This document shows positions 26,239 to 33,715 of a DNA stretch of 50,907 bases, one piece after another. The stretch lies in NCBI GenBank assembly GCA_964588235.1, contig CAZPOZ010000001.1, positions 1 through 50,907 of the forward strand. Direction: 5' to 3'. The notes under the pieces are model-generated. The model ran no database searches. It saw nothing but the letters and a program-made list of their open reading frames with translations, and was not told where the DNA came from. Positions within the stretch are counted from its first letter, which is position 1; every line of letters begins with the position of its first letter. Source of the stretch: an uncultured Planctomycetales bacterium. Lineage in GTDB: Bacteria; Planctomycetota; PLA2; JAEUHO01. The translations under genes and the position numbers were made by a program.

Positions 26239-26961
26239 GTGGGCCTCCTCCGCCCCCCCTCCGGCGCCCGCCTGCGCGAGATCGCCACGCGTTGGAGCCT
26301 CGTCCCCCGTGCGGCCGAGCAGGACGACCGGGCGCGCCGCGAGCGCTGGAGGGCCTTCCTCGACGTGTACCGGGCGCCGATGGTGCGCTACGCCGAGGCG
26401 CTGCGGCGCCGGCTCCCTGCCGCCGCGCAGCGGGCCTTCGAGGCCGAGGACGCCGTGCAGGCGTTCCTGGCAGCCTGCCTCGAGAAGGGCTGGCTCGCCG
26501 CGGCCGCCCCGGGAGCCACCCGCCGCTTCCGAGCCCTGCTCCAGACCCTGCTCCGGCGCTGGATCGGGCGGGAGGCCGACCACGCCCTGGCGGCCCGCCG
26601 CCGCCCGCCCCCGGGCGCCGACCCGGTCTCGCTCGAGGAGCTCCTCGAGGGCGACGACCGCACGGCGGCCCCCGACGAGCTCGGGCGCGCGTTCGACCGT
26701 GACTGGGCACGGGAGATGGTCGCGCGCGCGCTGGAGCGCCTGCGAGCGACGCATCCGGCCTACGCGGCTGCCGTGGAGCGGCTCATGCGCGCCGAGGCCG
26801 CCGCGCCGCGGGAGCCGTCCGTGCCCGGCATCACGCCTGTGCTCAAGCTGCGCGCGACCCGGGCCTTCGTCACGAGCTTCACCGACGTGCTCGGCGAGAC
26901 CGTCGCCACGCCCGACGACCTGCCCGAGGAGTGGCGCCACCTGGCCGAGCACCTGCCCTGA
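26239..26961 (+). CDS. Divergent ECF-like sigma factor of the Ser/Thr-kinase-associated type (ECF43-like)
   Basis: 240-aa ORF with a GTG start. TRWSLV...RERWRAFLDVYRAPMVRYAEAL...AEDAVQAFLAACLEKGWL...RRFRALLQTLLRRWI resembles sigma region 2 of kinase-linked ECFs. The C-terminus KLRATRAFVTSFTDVLGETVATPDDLPEEWRHLAEHL resembles their tail. The region-4 HTH looks degenerate. The assignment is from memory of the family. Confidence 0.6.
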   Translation: MGLLRPPSGARLREIATRWSLVPRAAEQDDRARRERWRAFLDVYRAPMVRYAEALRRRLPAAAQRAFEAEDAVQAFLAACLEKGWLAAAAPGATRRFRALLQTLLRRWIGREADHALAARRRPPPGADPVSLEELLEGDDRTAAPDELGRAFDRDWAREMVARALERLRATHPAYAAAVERLMRAEAAAPREPSVPGITPVLKLRATRAFVTSFTDVLGETVATPDDLPEEWRHLAEHLP

Positions 26962-26992
26962 GGACCGAGGCCTTGCGGTGAGTCTTCGCGCC

Positions 26993-29900
26993 TCAGCGCG
27001 GCCCGCCCCGCGGGGTCTGCCCCGGTCCTGCCGAGAGGCGCGCGTGGATCGCGGCCGCGTCCCGCTCTGCCTCGGCGTCGCCCAGCGCCGCCGAGGCCCG
27101 CGCGTAGCCGAGCCACGGCGACGGGAGCCGCGGGCAGATCTGGAGCGCGGCCGCGAAGTGGGCCCGCGCCCCGGCGGCGTCTCCCCGAGCGAGCAGGACC
27201 ACGCCCAGGTCGTTCCAGGCGAACGGCAGCGCCGCGCCCGAGGCCAGGGCGGCCCTGAGCGAGGCCTCGGCGGCCGCCGACTCCCCGACCAGGTGCTGGA
27301 GGGCCCCCAGGGTCGTCCGTCCCAGCGTGTAGCCCGGCCCGTTGGCGACGGACTCGCGGGCGGCGGCGAGCGCGCCCGCGAGGTCGCCCTGCAGCAGGCG
27401 CGCGCAGGCCACGCAGTTCCAGTGCTCGGCCGAGCGCGCCTCGAGCTCGGTGGCCCTCAGCGCGCTGCGCTCGGCGCCCGCGCCGTCGCCCAGCATGATC
27501 AGCGCCATCGAGCGGTACGAGTGGGCCAGGGCCCGCTCCGGGTGCCGCTCCACGGCCCGGTCCAGCAGCTCGAGCCCGTGCGCGGGCTCGCCGGCGTCGC
27601 TCCAGACCAGCCCTTCGAGGATCGCCGGCCAGGCCTCCTGCGGCGCGAGCCGGCGCGCGACCGCGAGATCCCGGAGCGCGCCGGCGAACTCGCCGAGCAG
27701 GCGGCGGCAGGCCGCCCGCTCGTGCCAGGCGTCCGGCTCGTCGGGCGCGAGCTCCACGGCGTGGGTGAGGGCCGAGCAGGCGTCCACCAGATCTCCCTGC
27801 CGCGCCAGGACCTGGCCGAGGTCGCGCCACGCGTCGGCCCGCGGGGCCCCCTCCAGCGTCAGGCGCCGCGCCAGGGAGGCGTCGTCCGAGCGGCCGAAGC
27901 GGTTGTCCTGGGGCATCCCCAGGCCCATCCACGACTCGACGATCACCGGCACGAGCAGCTCGGCGCCCGGGCGCTCGTCGCGCAGCGTGCCGTGGGGCCG
28001 GCGCGGGGGCGGCGGGAGCAGCGCGTCCGGGATCGCCGGCGCGAGGCCGCTGAGCGGGTGCGTCAGGTGCGCCCGCACCGTGCGACCCCAGGCGGGGTCG
28101 ATGCCGACGTGCGGCAGCTGAGCCGCGCGCTCCAGGGCCTCGAGCGCCCGCTCGCCCCCCGGCTGCCGCGAGAGGCGGGCGAGCGCCACGCCGGCCTCCC
28201 GCAACGCCTCCGGAGCGCGCGCCGAGCCCAGGTGGCGCTCGAGGGCCTCGACCGCGCCGGGGACGATGCCGATGCGCCCCAGCACCTCCGCGCAGGTGAG
28301 CGCGACGCGGTAGCTCGTGCCGGGGATCGTCCGGGCCTGGGCCTCGTGGGCCCGCCGGGTGCGTGTCGCCGCGTCGCCTCCGTCGGGGAGCCCCTCGTTC
28401 ACCTGGCGCTGGGCGGTGGTGACGGCGTCCAGGGCCCTCGCGATCACGGCCACCGTGTCGGCGTCCGCGTGCCGGATGAGCTCGAACAGGCCGTCCAGGT
28501 ACGGGATCGGCGAAGCGCTCTGGACGTGGCTCATGCCGTGCAGCGTGGAGCGCACGCCCTCGAGCCGCCGCTCCCGCTCCCGTGCCACGGCCTCGGCCTC
28601 GCCCTGGAGCCGGGACTCGCGCGCCAGCCGGCGCTGGCGCAGGCCCTGGACCAGCAGGACGGCCGCCAGCAGCAGGAGCGTCCCCACGACGACGCCGACG
28701 GCCGGGTGCCGCCGGACCCCGTGGAGCGCGCGCCGGCCCCAACCCGGAGGCCGCGCGCGGATGGGCTCGTGCCGGAGCAGGCGGTCCAGGTCGTCGGCGA
28801 GCTCGGCCGCCGACCCGTAGCGTCCCGCCGGCTCCTTCTCGAGGCACTTCATCACGATCGTGTCCAGGTCGCGCGGGACGGCCGGCGCCACCTCGCCCAG
28901 CCGGCGGGGCGCCTGCGTCAGGATGGCCCGGAAGAGCGCGACCGGGTCGCCCTCGGCGTCGGCGAAGGGCCGCCGCAGGGCCAGTGCCTCGTAGAGCGTC
29001 GCGCCCAGCCCGTAGACGTCGGTGCGGGGCTCCACGTCCCGCGTCCCGCTGGGCCGCAGCGTCTCGGGGGCCACGTACTGCGGGGTCCCCACCAGCTGGT
29101 TCGACTCGGTCAGTGTGGGCGACGTCGCGGAGCGGGCCAGCCCGAAGTCGGTGAGCACGACGCTGCCGTCGGGGTCGAACAGCAGGTTGGCCGGCTTCAC
29201 GTCGCGGTGGACGAGGTGGGCGCGGTGGCACGCGTGGAGCGCCCGCGCGACGTCGCGTCCCATCTCCGCCACCCGGCGCCAGTGCGAACCGCGCTCGGAG
29301 CGCGCCGTCGACGGGGGCCGTCGCAGCACGGCCTCGAGCCAGGCCGCCTCGCTCGTGCGCTCCGCGGGTCGCGCCGAGAGCGCGTCGAGCACGTCGTTGA
29401 GGGACGGTCCGCGGACGAAGCGCATGGCCAGCCAGGGCTGCCCCTGCCACACGCCCGCGTCGAACACCTGGACGACGTGGCGATGGTCGATCCCTGCCAA
29501 GGTCTGCGCTTCCGCGCGCATGCGGCGCACGGCGGTCTCGTCCGCCATCAGGTGGGCGTGGAGCACCTTGAGCGCCACGATCCGGCGTGGCTGGTCCTGC
29601 TCGGCCTCGTACAGCACGCCCTGCCCTCCGGCCTTCACCGCGCGCAGCAGGCGGAAGGAGGCGAAGCGCTCCCCCGGCCCCGCCGTCCCGCGCAGGACGG
29701 CGGGGCCGGGTGCGTGTGCGTCGTCCGCGGCGGCGGGGCGTGGCGGCGCGTCGGGGCCGGGCCCGCCCCAGCGGACCTCGTCCTGCTCCGGGTCGTAGAC
29801 GCCGAGAGCGCCGACCCCGACCACGCGGGTGGGCGTGGCCCACGCGAGCTGGAACGGCTGCCCCGCCTCCGGGGCGGAGCCGAGGGCGGCGGAGGGGCCG

Positions 29901-30250
29901 GCCAGGCGGACGGCCCAGGGCCCTGCCAGGGCGACCAGCCGCGGAGCGGACGCCTCGAGCAGGCCCGCGGCGACCGCTCGCAGCCGGCGACGGCGCTCCT
30001 CGGCAGGCTCCGCGGGGTCGGCGGGCGGGGTCAGGCCGTCGAGCGACGCCTGCGCCCACGCGGCCAGCGCGGCCTCGCCCGCCGTCGCGGCGGCGGCACG
30101 GACGAGCCCGAACAGCGTGGCCAGCTCGCGCTCGAAGGCGTCCAGCGCGGTGAGCGAGGCGGCCGCGTCGCCCGCCCCCAGCACGGCCGACCACGCCCGG
30201 GCCAGGGGCTGGGGCAGGCCGCTGACCAGGTCGGCGTCGCTCTCTCGCAT
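26993..30250 (-). CDS. Ser/Thr protein kinase with ~200-aa unknown N-terminal region, one TM segment and extracytoplasmic helical/TPR repeats
   Basis: In-frame ATG at 30250 (MRESDADLVSGLPQPLARAW). Kinase motifs: KAGGQGVLYEA, VALKVL, HRDVKPANLLF, DFGLAR, GTPQYVAPE. TM segment AVGVVVGTLLLLAAVLLV. The C-terminal ~450 aa are TPR-like. The upstream 151 codons of track ORF 26993..30703 are junk. Confidence 0.88.
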   Translation of the reverse strand: MRESDADLVSGLPQPLARAWSAVLGAGDAAASLTALDAFERELATLFGLVRAAAATAGEAALAAWAQASLDGLTPPADPAEPAEERRRRLRAVAAGLLEASAPRLVALAGPWAVRLAGPSAALGSAPEAGQPFQLAWATPTRVVGVGALGVYDPEQDEVRWGGPGPDAPPRPAAADDAHAPGPAVLRGTAGPGERFASFRLLRAVKAGGQGVLYEAEQDQPRRIVALKVLHAHLMADETAVRRMRAEAQTLAGIDHRHVVQVFDAGVWQGQPWLAMRFVRGPSLNDVLDALSARPAERTSEAAWLEAVLRRPPSTARSERGSHWRRVAEMGRDVARALHACHRAHLVHRDVKPANLLFDPDGSVVLTDFGLARSATSPTLTESNQLVGTPQYVAPETLRPSGTRDVEPRTDVYGLGATLYEALALRRPFADAEGDPVALFRAILTQAPRRLGEVAPAVPRDLDTIVMKCLEKEPAGRYGSAAELADDLDRLLRHEPIRARPPGWGRRALHGVRRHPAVGVVVGTLLLLAAVLLVQGLRQRRLARESRLQGEAEAVARERERRLEGVRSTLHGMSHVQSASPIPYLDGLFELIRHADADTVAVIARALDAVTTAQRQVNEGLPDGGDAATRTRRAHEAQARTIPGTSYRVALTCAEVLGRIGIVPGAVEALERHLGSARAPEALREAGVALARLSRQPGGERALEALERAAQLPHVGIDPAWGRTVRAHLTHPLSGLAPAIPDALLPPPPRRPHGTLRDERPGAELLVPVIVESWMGLGMPQDNRFGRSDDASLARRLTLEGAPRADAWRDLGQVLARQGDLVDACSALTHAVELAPDEPDAWHERAACRRLLGEFAGALRDLAVARRLAPQEAWPAILEGLVWSDAGEPAHGLELLDRAVERHPERALAHSYRSMALIMLGDGAGAERSALRATELEARSAEHWNCVACARLLQGDLAGALAAARESVANGPGYTLGRTTLGALQHLVGESAAAEASLRAALASGAALPFAWNDLGVVLLARGDAAGARAHFAAALQICPRLPSPWLGYARASAALGDAEAERDAAAIHARLSAGPGQTPRGGPR

Positions 30251-30482
30251 CGCCCGGACCCTCCCAGGGCGGCCCCGCGGGGTGGCCCTGAGCGTACACG
30301 GCGCCCGCCCCCGCCGTCCGCCCGCACCCCCTGAAAGGAAGCCGGCTCCGCGCCCTACTCTCCTGGTGGGTGCCGGATCCGGCGCCGCGGACCTCCCACC
30401 CCGACGCGCGTCCAGCGCCTTCGACCGCCCCGCCCGGATCGCCCCCCGCTCTACCCGCCCCCCCCGCTCCCGGAGAACCCCG

Positions 30483-32621
30483 ATGGCATGCTGCCCGTCC
30501 GTGAACCTGCCCCCGCGTCGGGGGCGTCCCGCCGTCCGCGCTCTCGCAGCGGCCTTGACGGCGCTCCTCTCCGCCTGCGGAGGCGGGGGCGGCTCGGGCG
30601 ACGGAGGCGGCGACCCGGGGCCGGGCGGCCGGACGGGACTCGGGCACCTGCCCGGCTCGTACGCGCGCCCGGACGCGGTGCTGCTGCTCGTCAGCGGGCA
30701 CACCGTGGAGGCCCTCGTCTCGCATCCGTCCTACCTGGACGACGAGGGCGGCGCGGGGCCGTACCTGCTCGCCGGCCTGCAGGAGGGAGCGCTCGTCGGG
30801 CAGCGCCACCTCGCGCTCCCGTACCGCGACGGGTCGGGCGACGGCGAAGACCAGAGCCCGGGGCTGCGCGGGCTGATCGCCGACCTCGAGTTCCTGGGCC
30901 GGGAGTGGCCCGGCGTGCGCGTTCTCGCCGTCGGCCACAGCCACGGTTGCCCGCGTCTGGTCCACGCGATCTCGCGCGTGCCCACCACGCGCGTGGACCA
31001 CCTCGTGCTGCTGGACGGCAACGCCACGGGGATGGGCCCTGCACTGCACGACGACGACGGGGAGACGCTCGCGGCCCTCACGGCGCGGCGCACGGTGGCC
31101 CAGCCGGGCCCGACGACCCTGCGGAGCGGCGACGTGGCGCCAGCGGAGGGCGCGCCCGTGAACGACGCCTCGCACGACCGCTTCGACCGGGGCGACGTGA
31201 TCCCCTGGAACGTGACGCACTGCCGGGAGGTCCGTCTCGGGGCGGCGGCGCCCCTCTGCGCCGGCGGCCTGGCGCCCCTGGACCTGCGCTGGAACGTCCG
31301 GCCCGACGGCTCGACGGCCGGGCTCTCCGGGCGCGTCAGCGGCACCGACACCCACTGCAGCGTGGACGACGCCCCGCCGGCCGGCGGGGCGCTGGCGACC
31401 CTCGTCCTGCCCTGGCTGCGCGCGCGGCTGGCGGCGCCGCGCTCCACGGGGTCGTTCGACGGCGGCACGCGCCATCCGCTGCGGGCCGGCGACGTGCCCT
31501 CGGGCCTGCTGCTCGCGGACGTGGACCGTGACGGGCTGGCCGACGTGCTCGTGCCGCTGGCCAACGCTCCGGAGATCGCGGTCCTGCGCTCGGTCGCTGG
31601 CCCGGGAAGCATCTTGGACGAGACGGACGGCCTGGCGACGGTTCCAGGGCCCCGGGCGGCCGGCGCGGCCGGGCGTCGGCTGGGCACGGCGACCTTCGTC
31701 GCCGCGGGCCTCTCGGCGGAGCACCTCATCGCGGCCGACTTCGACCGCGACGGCGCCGTGGACCTGGCCGCCGCCTCGGGCGACGCGGACGCGGTGACCG
31801 TGCTCTACGGCGACGGCGTCGGAGGCTTCGCGGCGCCGGTCGTGCTCGGGGGCTGGGCCGACCGCCCCGTGCGCCTGGTCGCGCCCGACGTGGATCGGGA
31901 CGGCTACCCCGACCTGGTGGCGCTGGGCGCCGGCTGCACGGTCGAGTCGGCGCGCAACCGCAGCGGCGGGCCCCGCGCGTGGGGCGGCTACCGCTCCTAC
32001 GGCGTCCTGCCGTCGGCGGGGGACGGGCTCAGCCTGGTCGCCGCGGACGTCGATCGGGACGGCCTCTTCGACCTGGTGGCCGGGCACCTGTCCTCGGGCC
32101 CCGACGGGCTCGTGACCCTGCTGCGCGGCCGGCCCTCGGGCCTGAGCCTCGACGTGCAGCTCGACGCGCCGGGCGCTGCGATCGTGCGCCAGGGCCCCGG
32201 GCTTCGTCCGAGCGACCTGCTGGCGATCGACCTGCACGGCCCCGGCGGCGACGGTCCCCTCGACCTGGTCTGTCTCTCGGGCCCGGGCGGCGACCTGCTG
32301 CTCCTGGAAGGCGATGGCGCAGGGGGCTTCCCCACGCAGCGCACGACGGACGGCAACGTGGGCGAGGGCCCGAACAGGCTGGCGTACGGCGACTTCGACG
32401 GCGACGGCCAGCTCGACGTGGTCCAGGCCGCGGGCAGTGCCGCCGTGGTCGTGGCGGGGGGCGCCGTCGGATTCCCCGTGAACCTGCTCTACCTGGACGG
32501 CACGCTCGGGGACGGGGCGGCCGAGCGCGTGGCGGTGGGCGACGTAGATGGGGACGGCCGGCTCGACGTCCTGGCGGCCGGGCCGACGTCGCCCGGCGTG
32601 ACCGTCTTCCTGGGCCGGTGA
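30483..32621 (+). CDS. Lipoprotein with N-terminal lipase-like (GHSHG) domain and C-terminal FG-GAP/VCBS beta-propeller repeats
   Basis: ATG at 30483, in frame with track ORF 29829..32621. Lipobox LTALLSAC followed by a Gly-rich linker. GxSxG reads VLAVGHSHGCP. Six or more DxDxDG calcium-type repeats are present: DVDRDGLADV, DFDRDGAVDL, DVDRDGYPDL, DVDRDGLFDL, DFDGDGQLDV, DVDGDGRLDV. Confidence 0.8.
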   Translation: MACCPSVNLPPRRGRPAVRALAAALTALLSACGGGGGSGDGGGDPGPGGRTGLGHLPGSYARPDAVLLLVSGHTVEALVSHPSYLDDEGGAGPYLLAGLQEGALVGQRHLALPYRDGSGDGEDQSPGLRGLIADLEFLGREWPGVRVLAVGHSHGCPRLVHAISRVPTTRVDHLVLLDGNATGMGPALHDDDGETLAALTARRTVAQPGPTTLRSGDVAPAEGAPVNDASHDRFDRGDVIPWNVTHCREVRLGAAAPLCAGGLAPLDLRWNVRPDGSTAGLSGRVSGTDTHCSVDDAPPAGGALATLVLPWLRARLAAPRSTGSFDGGTRHPLRAGDVPSGLLLADVDRDGLADVLVPLANAPEIAVLRSVAGPGSILDETDGLATVPGPRAAGAAGRRLGTATFVAAGLSAEHLIAADFDRDGAVDLAAASGDADAVTVLYGDGVGGFAAPVVLGGWADRPVRLVAPDVDRDGYPDLVALGAGCTVESARNRSGGPRAWGGYRSYGVLPSAGDGLSLVAADVDRDGLFDLVAGHLSSGPDGLVTLLRGRPSGLSLDVQLDAPGAAIVRQGPGLRPSDLLAIDLHGPGGDGPLDLVCLSGPGGDLLLLEGDGAGGFPTQRTTDGNVGEGPNRLAYGDFDGDGQLDVVQAAGSAAVVVAGGAVGFPVNLLYLDGTLGDGAAERVAVGDVDGDGRLDVLAAGPTSPGVTVFLGR

Positions 32622-32652
32622 TCGTCCGGCACCCGGCAACGGCCGCTTCAGC

Positions 32653-32670
32653 CCGCGCGATCCCGCGCGG
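32653..32670. terminator. GC hairpin between the convergent FG-GAP lipoprotein and HNH genes
   Basis: CCGCGCG-atcc-CGCGCGG (7-bp stem, 4-nt loop) sits in the 52-nt gap between the stops at 32621 and 32674. Confidence 0.3.
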
Positions 32671-32673
32671 CGC

Positions 32674-33708
32674 TCAGGCCGTGAAGCGCCGGTTGTGCCA
32701 CGCGAGCGCCTCGGCGCTGGGCCGTTCGGCGGGGCGCTTGGGGAGCTGCGCCAGCGGCCGGCCGTGGTACTCGCGGTAGCGCCGGCCGTTGCCCCAGCGG
32801 TCGGCCAGGGCCGAGGACACGCGCACGACGTAGTCGGGCGTGACGGTCACCAGGCCCAGGTCGAAGAGCGCGTGGAACTCCTTGGTCAGCAGGATGCCGT
32901 TCTGGATGTGGTTGCTGCGCGGCCCCAGGTAGGGCTGGATGTGCGCCGCGTCGAGCACGGGCTCCGTGTGCTCGCCCGTCACGGCGCAGGCTCGGCCGTA
33001 CGCGTCGAGCAGGCGGACCCGGAAGGCTCCCTGACCCTCGCGCTCGGCCACGGAGGCTGCTCGGCGGAGCCGTTCGTCGCCTTCGACGAGGCGGTAGGCG
33101 CCGCCCAGCTCCTCGGCCACGGCCTCGCCCTCGGCGTCGGCCCGGATGCGCGCCAGGAGCAGCGCCGCGCGGCCGGGGTCGGTCTCCTCCGCGCCCCGCA
33201 CGATGTTCGCCGCCCAGCCCTGCGCGCGGCCCCACGGGAGCCACGCCTCTGCGGGCCAGAAGTGCGCGTCCCGCAACACCGTGCAGCCGAGGGGGGCCTG
33301 CGGCGTGCGGGGATCGAGCAGGTCCAGGCCGCGGAAGCGCCCCAACCTCGCGAGGAAGGAGGCCTCGTGCTCGTCGCCGTTGCAGACGCCGAACTCCCGC
33401 CAGGCCTGGTCGAGGGTCAGGACCGTGTGGTGCGCGAAGAACCCGTAGCCGGCGATGGCGTTCCAGGGGGCCTTGAGCCGCAGGAACACGGGCGTCCCCG
33501 GCGGCATCGACTTGAGCGGCTTCGTGGCCCGGGGCGACCAGAAGTTCACCTCGTCCAGGCGTCCGCCCTCGCGCTCGGCCGGCCCCGCGCGCCTGCTCCC
33601 CGCGCGCGACGACAGGGTGTCGAACCAGGCCTTGTCGGTGAGGGCGATGAACGGGCCCACGGACGGCAGCCTACCAGGGCGCTCCGCGGAGCGTCCGGCG
33701 CTGGGCAC
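32674..33708 (-). CDS. HNH nuclease (HNH_2 / predicted restriction-endonuclease type) with ~200-aa unassigned N-terminal domain
   Basis: 344-aa ORF. The C-terminus reads GQGAFRVRLLDAYGRACAVTGEHTEPVLDAAHIQPYLGPRSNHIQNGILLTKEFHALFDLGLVTV. The track start is GTG at 33708, 7 nt after the SNF2 stop. An alternative GTG at 33660 (VGPFIALTDKAWFD) is equally plausible. Confidence 0.8.
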   Translation of the reverse strand: MPSAGRSAERPGRLPSVGPFIALTDKAWFDTLSSRAGSRRAGPAEREGGRLDEVNFWSPRATKPLKSMPPGTPVFLRLKAPWNAIAGYGFFAHHTVLTLDQAWREFGVCNGDEHEASFLARLGRFRGLDLLDPRTPQAPLGCTVLRDAHFWPAEAWLPWGRAQGWAANIVRGAEETDPGRAALLLARIRADAEGEAVAEELGGAYRLVEGDERLRRAASVAEREGQGAFRVRLLDAYGRACAVTGEHTEPVLDAAHIQPYLGPRSNHIQNGILLTKEFHALFDLGLVTVTPDYVVRVSSALADRWGNGRRYREYHGRPLAQLPKRPAERPSAEALAWHNRRFTA

Positions 33709-33715
33709 CGCAGCG

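Noticed and set aside
26760-32639. 1959-aa minus-strand ORF, the longest in the track. Similar giants: 24869..30334 (+, 1821 aa), 33455..38131 (+, 1558 aa), 17893..21132 (-, 1079 aa).
   Set aside because: The translations are monotonous Arg/Pro/Gly/Ala strings with no motifs. Each overlaps ORFs in other frames or strands that carry unambiguous catalytic motifs (kinase, P-type ATPase, SNF2, RtcB, multicopper oxidase). Long stop-free off-frames are expected at this GC content.
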